Source: the human T2T-CHM13v2.0 reference genome, Homo sapiens
Assembly: GCF_009914755.1 (NCBI RefSeq)
Contig: NC_060926.1
Length of the DNA: 64,000 bases
Reading direction: 5' to 3' (one strand)
Shown piece by piece: positions 55,587 to 64,000 of this stretch (its first letter is position 1; the number at the start of each line of letters is the position of its first letter). The notes beneath the pieces are model-generated. The model was not told where the DNA came from. It was given only the letters and a program-made list of their open reading frames with translations, and made no database searches. The position numbers and the translations under genes are program-made.

Positions 55587-56109
55587 TGATTACACAAAAC
55601 CATCATTGCTGCATAACTCTTTAATATGCATGTCCGGGGTTCAAACGGGTGCTGGCTTTCTGGCTTAGACACCCTAAATTCTCCTTACTCCACCTAGAAA
55701 GGAGGCTGTTGTCTGGCTAAGATATGTTTTTGAGCTTGGTAAAGCACACTTTCTTGAAAAAAAAGGAAAGGAAATAAAAACCGAAGGCCGTCCAGTTTGG
55801 GGTGCTGGATAGTTCTCTTTCTGCAGAGTGTGGACAGGGGCACGGTAGGAACAGCCATATTTGTTGCTGTGGTCTACACGTCTTCTTCACCATATCATAG
55901 AAATGTAACTGAACTATCAGGGATGTCCATGCAAGCCTTCACAGTGCTCATCTCAAAGCCAGTTCTTCCCAGGTAAAGCTGTCTCTGCTTTCATTTTCTT
56001 GGCTCTCTCTACCTCTTTGCATTTTAATAATTGCTGAGCACAAAAGCATTGCTCTAATACCAACACTGATGTTTCTGGCTCCCTGGCCGAATAAGTTGAT
56101 GAAAGGCTT

Positions 56110-56330
56110 TTTAAGGTCCAGGAGAAAGATCCTGACTGGGTGTGGACATCAGACAGCTCAGACAGCTCACTCACTGTCTACACCATGGCATTGGCCAAGC
56201 GATGGATCTTCAGTTTCCTCCTGTGTAAGATGAGGATAATAGTACCTAACTCAAGAGTTGTGGAAACTGGGATAGATCATTTAAAAATATGCTAGTAGAG
56301 AAGCTGGCTACATTAAAATAAGCTTCTTAC
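56110..56330 (+). mobile_element. MIR SINE
   Basis: ttcagtttcctcctgtgtaagatgaggataatagtacctaactc. Confidence 0.75.
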
Positions 56331-57249
56331 TATTGCCAAAATATATACTAGAGTATCTTCTTTTGAGAAACTCAGGAGAATAATTTTCTGAAGAATGAAA
56401 TTAGGATAGCCTCTGAAACCTGAATGCTAAATCCCATTGTAGTATTTAAGTTGTCCAGCTTTATTCCTATGTGGCATTAACTTTCCATGTATAAAGTTAT
56501 AGGAAAGAGCTCCTTGCTGAGGCCCTGGCTAATACCTCTTTGTGTCTGAGCACTGACACCTGTGAGCATCAATAATCACTTTGTTCACTCGCATTATTAA
56601 AGGAGAAATGTGCCTATGAGAAATCCAGAAGGTTTGCTCTATTTATTTGGGAAGACAGAGAATGCCTTCTCACATCTTGACATTTTAATGACAGGATAAT
56701 ATAGTATTATCCAACCCAACTTGTCCTGACTCGTTCTGCTTAGGTTCAGCAGGAAGAGCCCACTGAACACCAGGAATACAGTTGCATCAAGCTGCTCTGC
56801 ATGCTCTGTCCGAATCAGGTTTGGAGACACCCAAAGCATTTTTCCTTAGAGATTGCATTCCTGTTTTGAATCCGAGTCCTCGTATTCTAGACCTGGCACA
56901 GACAGTAGAAATCGCTCAGCCCAACCAGATCATTTTAAGGAGGAAGGAACAAAGCAGAGGGCAGGGATAATCCCTCCCCTCCCATCACAGCTAGGGAGCA
57001 GCCGAGCCAGCATTTCACGCCAGGCATCAAAACAGTAGTAAACCTCAAAATTTTGTCAGCCTTGTTCAAATTTCTAGAAATTAGTACTGGGATTTTTACA
57101 TCAAACAAAGCGAATTCTTAGATGAGAAAAGCTAAGACTAATGTCAAGAACCATAAAGGTCTTACAAATTGTATATCCTGGTAAACTTTTCGAGAACATA
57201 GATAGTAATGATTGTAATAATATTAACTGATAAGCCTATGTACTATACA

Positions 57250-57480
57250 TATCATATGTACTGTACAAATATATTGTTATACTGTTCTGGGCTTATTCTA
57301 TACAATAATACACTTTAATTTTCACAATAATACATAAGCTACGTATGATTATTTCTATTTTAGAGAGAAAAAGATACTAGTAGAAGTCTACAGAATTGAA
57401 ACATCAGGCTGGTTAGTGGGAGAGCCAGGATTTGAACTTGGCATTTGTTGGAAGCCAGAGCCCATTTCTTTCTTCTGAAC
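57250..57480 (-). mobile_element. MIR SINE
   Basis: ggctggttagtgggagagccaggatttgaac. Confidence 0.6.
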
Positions 57481-57769
57481 TGTCAAGGACAAATCTTTCC
57501 ATGACTCCCCTCAGAACTCCATCTCAGAGTGAAATCTGTGTCCAGACAATGCTGATCTTTCGTTTTGATTGTCTTCCTGCCTCGTTGCCTTTCAGGCAGT
57601 GGACAGCATCCTATTACTCATAGAGCCTGACTTTGAAATGAGTTCAAATATCCCAAGCACTTCTGAGGCATGCAAGGTCTTTCTGTTTAAAAGATTGTAT
57701 GCTTAATCACTTCCATGAGGCTGGGACATCTTGCAGAGGACACGCCAACTGAAGTCAGAATACTGATAA

Positions 57770-57999
57770 AACCTCAGAAACCAGAGCAAGGGTCTCTAGG
57801 GACCAGGGTGTGGAGTGAGGGATTGGACTGCAAAGGGGAATTGGAAAATTTCAGAACATCTTGATACAAATACTCTACATTTTTATTGTGTTATTCGTTA
57901 CAGGACTATTTACATGTGTCAAAACTAATCAAATTGTACACTTAAAAATTAATGAATTTTATTGCATGTAAATTATGCTTCAATAAAGTTTATTAAAAA
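57770..57999 (+). mobile_element. L1M (MB/MC/MD-like) 3' end
   Basis: tgtcaaaactaatcaaattgtacacttaaaa...gcatgtaaattatgcttcaataaag. Confidence 0.8.
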
Positions 58000-58071
58000 C
58001 AGTCTTCAAAGTTTTAATCCCTAGGCTATAATTCTTAACAGCCTTTGAAAATCCAAAAAGTATGCCTCTGC

Positions 58072-58765
58072 AACAGTCAATATTTCTGTAGAAAGTAGAT
58101 GGCACACCCAAATGAGATAATTTTAGTATAATTCAGTAAAGGGATTGTTTATAAAGAAGCAGGCAAGGTGTAGGGTGAGCACGAGAACAGTCTAATTTCC
58201 TGGGCTAGTAACATCCTAGAGCTGCCAACCCTTCCAGCCTGAGAGGGGAGGGGTGGGAGAAATTGCGCCCCCAGAGAGGTCAGCAGTGTGGGAAGGCCAC
58301 TAAGCAGGGGTGGGGGCCTCAGGAGAGTCAAGAGATCCAGCCAGACCCTGAGCCCATCAGAGAGAGGACAAGGGCATAGAAATATATATGTGCAAAATTA
58401 TTACGTGTTACAAAAATTAAGTCACTAATTATTAGATTGCAATGAGTTAAAGACATGTATTGCATTCCTTTAAGGAGCCAGTATATATAGACATAAAATT
58501 TAATACATTACTAACAGTATACTGAAAATAATTTGTTTTACACAAAAGAAGATGTCAAAGGAGAAACAGAGTAACAAACAAGATGAATAAACAAATAAGA
58601 TACACACCTGACCCTTCTCTAACTCTCCTTATGCGGGTGCTCCTCAATACCCAAGTTCAACCTGAAGCCAGAGGCTCCAGAGGCATTCCCTAAGGATGTG
58701 TCCTGGGGCACGGGCTGGACTTGGAAGGAGGCAGAAGGGTCTGAAAGGCAAACAGAGGGTGGCCA
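58072..58765 (-). mobile_element. LTR33-like ERVL LTR interrupted by an L1 fragment (about 58380-58600)
   Basis: agatggcacacccaaatgagataatt...aaagggattgtttataaag; resumes at caacctgaagccagagg. Confidence 0.55.
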
Positions 58766-59149
58766 GCATGGCCTTGCTGAGCACCTGCCGCTATTTGATT
58801 TCCAGTGCTCTGGGGGCATCAGCTCTCCCCCAACCCCCTACCCACCTCTTTCTAGTCTTGCCTTTAGTGAAAAGGTGTGAGGGGTGCTCATTTCTCTGAT
58901 ACAGTCCATTCAGGATTCGATCAGGACAGATCAGTGGGTGTGGGATTTCCCTAAGTGGGCCCTTGGCCCCATGATCCCTGCAGAAGGTGACTACCAGAGC
59001 CAGGAGCCTCCTCTGCAGGGAATAGCTCCTCATGGGCATGGACCACGAGTGTGAGGCCACTGCTGCTCACCAGCTTCCAAGATCAAAGCCGCTGGGGTGC
59101 CAGGATTTTTAAATAAAAAAAGATGGAGAGATTGCTTTGGAAATCAGTG

Positions 59150-59870
59150 TCATCCATGGTTCCGTTCATTCTTTGACGCTTATAACCTATCCATCAACAA
59201 TCCTAGTGGCTCCACAGAACACATCCAGAAAATGGCTTCATCTAATCTCCTCCATGGCTTCTAGTTTAAGTGAAATCCCCATAATTTCTTACCTCAATGA
59301 TTGCAATCACCCCTTGATCAACCCTGAGCCTCTCTATCCCCCAACCTCCTTAATTCTATTCTCAACAGGACAACCTGTGGAATTCATTCAGAATGAAAAT
59401 CCAATCACGACACTTCTGGACTCAAAAGCTTCCCTTGGCTTTTCATCTCACACAGATACAGAAGCTGAAATTCTTAGAATGGTTCATCAGGCATTTTTTT
59501 TTTTTAATTTTTTTGTAGAGTCAGGGTCTCACTATGTTGCCCAGGCAGGTCTGAAATTCTTGGTCTCAAGCTATATTTCCTGCCTTGGCCTCCCCAGTAG
59601 CTGGGATCACAAGCGGGAGCCACTGCACTGGCCACCAGAACTGATGTGTGATGGTGTGTAAGCCGTACCCATACCATTACACATCAGTTCTCTCTGGCCT
59701 CATCACTTACAACTCCCTTCCTCACTCACGCTGCTCCATCCACACTGCCCTCCTGGCTATTTCTGGAGCATCTCAGGAACGTTCCTAACTCAGGGCTTTT
59801 GCATTTGTTGTTTGCTCCAACCTTATAGAAAGCATAGCTCTCACCTACCTCTTTCAGGCCTTTTCTCCAG
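59150..59870 (+). mobile_element. L2 fragment (interrupted by FLAM)
   Basis: tcacgctgctccatccacactgccctcctggctatttctggagcat...ctcagggcttttgcatttg. Confidence 0.7.
59494..59633 (-). mobile_element. FLAM / Alu left monomer
   Basis: Single arm: gtagagtcagggtctcactatgttgcccagg...gagccactgcactggcc. Confidence 0.88.
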
Positions 59871-60091
59871 TAATGTAGGCAGAAGTGCTTTGTATATTTA
59901 CTCGTGTCATTAATTAGAGCATGGCCCTGCTCTCCAGTACAAATTTTAAAAAGCCACAGATGTCTTCTATACAAATTCATGAACTTCAGGGATCCCTAGA
60001 AGCTTCCTCATGTATTCCCTTAGTTTCAAACGATTTCAGTAAAGCATAAAATCATAAAGACGTACATTCACAGAAACACACACATACACAG

Positions 60092-60094
<3 letters not shown>

Positions 60095-60127
<33 letters not shown>
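60095..60127. repeat. (TG)n microsatellite
   Basis: About 16 units, preceded by a short (CA) run. Confidence 0.97.
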
Positions 60128-60131
<4 letters not shown>

Positions 60132-63041
60132 TGGCTTCCTGAAACCTTGCCCAGAAGCAACTACTCTCATCTTCAAAACAAAAGTGAAGGGCAAAAGCCT
60201 GACTCACTCTACAGAAATGCTTTCCAGGCAACTATTCAGAAATACCTGAATCAATAGCAACCTCAATGATCGGGTAATGTTTCTCAGTATAAGTCTTCTT
60301 GTTTCCAAAGAAACTTTCTTTTTCAGTAGCTCTCTGCAGCTGAGCAAATGCTAAAAGCCACTGGTGAAACCTATTACCTGACGCTAATAGGGTTTGAGAA
60401 AGAAGCAGGCAGTGTTACTAATATCCTCATTCTGGACTCTGAGATAAGAGCCCTTTCTATGCTGAGCTTTGTTGTGAGTGAAATTTCTCATCCATGCTGC
60501 AGATAAGATGTCCCCGCTTGTTGAAAGCATTCCTGAGCTTCCATTTAACAAGTTATGAATGGAGCTGTCTGTGCTGCAAGCTCTGAGAAGCTGTTTATCA
60601 CCTTCTTCCCCAGACGCTCAGTCACCTCTGCTTTTTTATCTTCCCTGGGTCCTGAAACCATAAGTGTGATCGCTTCTCCTTCACCCTCCATACACCCACC
60701 CTATAGGTGGGGGCATTCATTTGAAAGGTGTTCCACTTGGGGCCACCAAGACAAGGACCCCTTCCTGCAGTTACCCAGGAGGCTCTGATGCTGGCCTCTG
60801 GATGATGCAGTGTTCTCTGCATGATGCTGAGGCCTGGACCTTGCTGTGAGATAAGAAACAGTGACCATGAAGTAAAGTATTAAATGAACACAGGATATCA
60901 TGCCTTTAATTAAGCAATTTCAGCGGCATGCATTCCCACTGGCCACTCTGCACTCCAGGCTGACTTGGAGAATTAGTTTGATATTCATAAAAAAAGATGT
61001 TCCCAGTGAGCAATTCTATCAAAACGGGTTCTTGTCTTTTCTTTTTGTCCCTACACACCATCCTGCCCCACATCCAGTGGCTTCCTAGCTAGTCTGTTTC
61101 CATCTCACTTTCTTCAAAAGCACCCACTACCCACAGGCAGGATCCGTCTCCTGGGGCATTTCCCATCATGGAGTGTTAGTAGAGACCACAGCATGGGCAC
61201 ACAAGGGCATAGGCCACAGCTGCCAGCCACCTAGACAATTACCTTCATCCTTCTCCATAGTAATTTTTAATGTGTTTGTCCTTTTATGACAGCCCTCTTG
61301 GTGTTATGCTGTATTGAGTTGCTGAGCCACCATTCCCACTGTTGGACTGAGATGCCAGAGGTTAGAGATCATTGAACAATTTGTATCCGCAGGCCCTTGC
61401 TCCTCAGGACCATGTCTTATCTGTAATAGTTTCTCAGTAAGTATTTGTTGTAAGGGTAGATGTGTATCCAGTGGATTAAGTGAGCTAAACTCAATGAGGA
61501 GACAAATATAAAAAGCTTGATTTCTTTCTCCAGCCTGTGCCAGATCTCAATTACATATAATTATTTTAGATAATTAAGAGTCATCGTCAGCTATTTTAAA
61601 AGACTAGTACTGTCTAATTGGAACCTTCCAGTCCAGGGAGATGTTCCTCTCCCGGAGCCTCGGAGGAAGGAGTGTGGGCTCTTCCATCTTTCCTCCTCCT
61701 CCTCCTCTCTCCCCAGCTTTATGCTGCCTCTGGCTGCTCCAGGATCTGCGCAGAAAGCTGGGAAAACAGCAATGGAGGCAGAGTACTGAACTGACTGCTG
61801 GCATTGGCCGTTCCCTCTTGCCACCCTGGGTGGAGCATGGGAGCCACTCTGAGGGTTGAGGGTGGGATCCATGCCTTAGCTGGCCTCCTACGGCCCTGCT
61901 TCCCGGTGGAGACTCACACCTCCTCACCATGGCAAGACACCGGCCACAGGCTGCCCACTGTGCCCACCATCCCTGCCCTGACACCTTGGCGGCTGTCCTC
62001 AACTCACCAATGCAAATTCTCCAGGCATGAAACAGAAACCAGGCAGGCATCACTCTTGACATTGGGTGCACTTATTAAAAGGACACAACTCCTGTCTTTA
62101 AAGTGTTTTTACTTGGTTGGGGCATTAGGCACATGATCAGACCATTACAGTAGACTGTGATCCACATTGTGATGGTTATAAATGTGGGTCTGGGGAGACG
62201 AAGGAGGCCACTAACCATAATAGAATTCCCGTCGGACACATTGGCTGCTAAGATCTTGAAATGCATGCTTTACACAGCTTGGCAAATCACCACTTCTCCA
62301 AGCTCCCTGAATCTCTTCTCCCTAGCCCCACAGCCCCTCGTCTTTCTCCTCTACCTGCCTTGGAAATTTCAAACGGCACCTAAATCCACCAACTAATGGG
62401 TACATTCCTGGTACCGCACAGGCCTCTGGGACCCCACATCAGGACAAAGGCTGTGATCTATTCTGTTTATTTGGTTCCTGGGCTTCAGTGGCTGATAGAT
62501 ATTTTGAACATCGCTCTTGAACCTAACCCTATTCTGAGGGGCTTGGGAGCCTGTGCATTTTCCACCACTGCCCCAGGCAAGAGGTATGGTGGGACTGTGC
62601 TCCTTCCTGTTTCTTCTTCAAAGCATCCTTCTGGAGAGTTGCACATCCTCACAGAGACAGGGGCTTTGTGAAATACACCATCAAGCACAGATGAGAATAC
62701 GTGGCTTCCTACACTTGCTGCTGTGTCTCCCAACAGGTAAAAGGTCACAGGATAAAGAGCCCTGGGGCCATCCTAAGGGATGCTGTCTTCCTCTGCAGCC
62801 TCCCCTCCATTAGTTCCAGACAGTCTTCTTTCCAGGTGTGGGCTCATTTTCTCCAGATGCATGATTTCATCTCTCAAATTCATAATTGGAAATATTTTTC
62901 CATTTCTACTTTCCAGGAGATTTTTTATTAGCAGGGCTGGCGCCAAGGGGCTTCTGCTTAGTTCCCAGCTAACCAAGAAACCCATCAGGAACATGGTCCC
63001 CAAGACACCTGACAGCGAGCCCTGATTATCCTGACTGCACC

Positions 63042-63449
63042 AGGAGGCAGTGAGCAAAAGGACTGCCTTCCATCATGTGGGTCCTTGAGATTAGGAGGCA
63101 GTGAGTAAAAGGACTGCCTTCCTTCCCATGGGTCCTTGAGACTGCGAGGCAGTGAGCAAAAGGACTGCCTTCCATCCCGTGGGTCCTTGAGATTAGGAGG
63201 CAGTGAGCAAAAGGACTGCCTTCCATCCCGTGGGTCCTTGAGATTAGGAGGCAGTGAGTAAAAGGACTGCCTTCCTTCCCATGGGTCCTTGAGACTGCGA
63301 GGCAGTGAGCAAAAGGACTGCCTTCCATCCCGTGGGTCCTTGAGATTAGGAGGCAGTGAGCAAAAGGACTGCCTTCCATCCCGTGGGTCCTTGAGATTAG
63401 GAGGCAGTGAGCAAAAGGACTGCCTTCCATCATGTGGGTCCTTGAGATT
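63042..63449. repeat. 51-bp VNTR x8
   Basis: Unit aggaggcagtgagcaaaaggactgccttccatcccgtgggtccttgagatt; exactly 8 copies with four sequence variants. Confidence 0.98.
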
Positions 63450-63689
63450 ATTCACTTTTTACATGGAGGCCCAGGAAGGTGAGAGGCTCACCTGAGTTTT
63501 CATAGGAAGAGAAAAAATGAATTCCAGTCCTCCTGGTTCTTTAGGATTTGGGAGAGGAAGATGGGCCCAAAATGACAGCTACAATTTTCTTATTTTAAAC
63601 ATAATGCAGACTAAACATGAAATTTGGAAAGCACAAAAGAATGAAAAAAAACTTGTTAAGAGATAGATTACTGAGATTATTAAGAAACA

Positions 63690-64000
63690 TATAAAGATAT
63701 AGATATTAAATGGGCATAGCTTATTAAGGGAGATTTAAAAGAATATTCAGGTCATTTAGTTTTTGAATTTTTTTCCATGTTTCAGTTTGTAGATCCTCTG
63801 GTTGTATGCCTATTTGAATGTATTATGCTTTCTTTCTATTTGTTTTGCTTAGTTAGATCTGTCAGGGTTTATATGCTTTATTATTTTCCTTAAAGACACA
63901 ACTCTTGATATTTACGTATTTCACATTTCTTTTTTTCTAATTTGTTAATGCCTGCTTTTGTCTTAAATATATTCTTCAACTTTTTTTCATTAATATAATA
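63690..64000 (-). mobile_element. Old L1M ORF2 fragment
   Basis: T-rich antisense L1-like sequence (ttagatctgtcagggtttatatgctttattattttccttaaagacacaactctt). Confidence 0.5.

Noticed and set aside
59137-59661. 174-aa ORF
   Set aside because: It runs through L2 and FLAM sequence and has a non-ATG start
63042-63449. CRISPR array (regularly spaced palindromic repeats)
   Set aside because: The sequences between palindromes are near-identical rather than unique spacers, there are no cas genes, and the DNA is primate. It is a VNTR.
62985-63455. 156-aa and 135-aa repetitive ORFs as genes
   Set aside because: They are open only because the 51-bp unit is a multiple of 3 and lacks stops in those frames; no other gene evidence

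Overview
Primate (very likely human or other catarrhine) nuclear DNA, rich in repeats and depleted of CpG, which looks intergenic or lncRNA-like. It contains AluY/S/J and FLAM SINEs, many MIR and L2 relics, old L1M fragments, an L1PB1 3' end and a 5'-inverted L1PA. It also has a complete THE1D MaLR provirus (two LTRs, perfect CTATG TSD), many solo LTRs (MSTA/B/D, MLT1, MLT2, MER57A1, LTR33-like), and DNA-transposon relics (MER1A, MER1B, MER5, MER58A, MER94, MER63, MADE1, a hAT-Tip100-like fragment). Two VNTRs (19-bp and 51-bp units) and several microsatellites are present. No protein-coding gene can be supported: the listed ORFs are repeat-derived or of chance length. The best leads are a cluster of minus-strand exon-like units at about 4.7-9.4 kb (possible LTR-driven spliced transcript), a hairpin-bearing 51-bp VNTR with higher-order structure, a tail-less 3'-truncated AluY between short direct repeats, a local nested duplication at 9.0-9.85 kb and a MADE1 (miR-548-type) hairpin. 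Repeat subfamily names come from recalled consensus sequences, and boundaries without TSDs are approximate.
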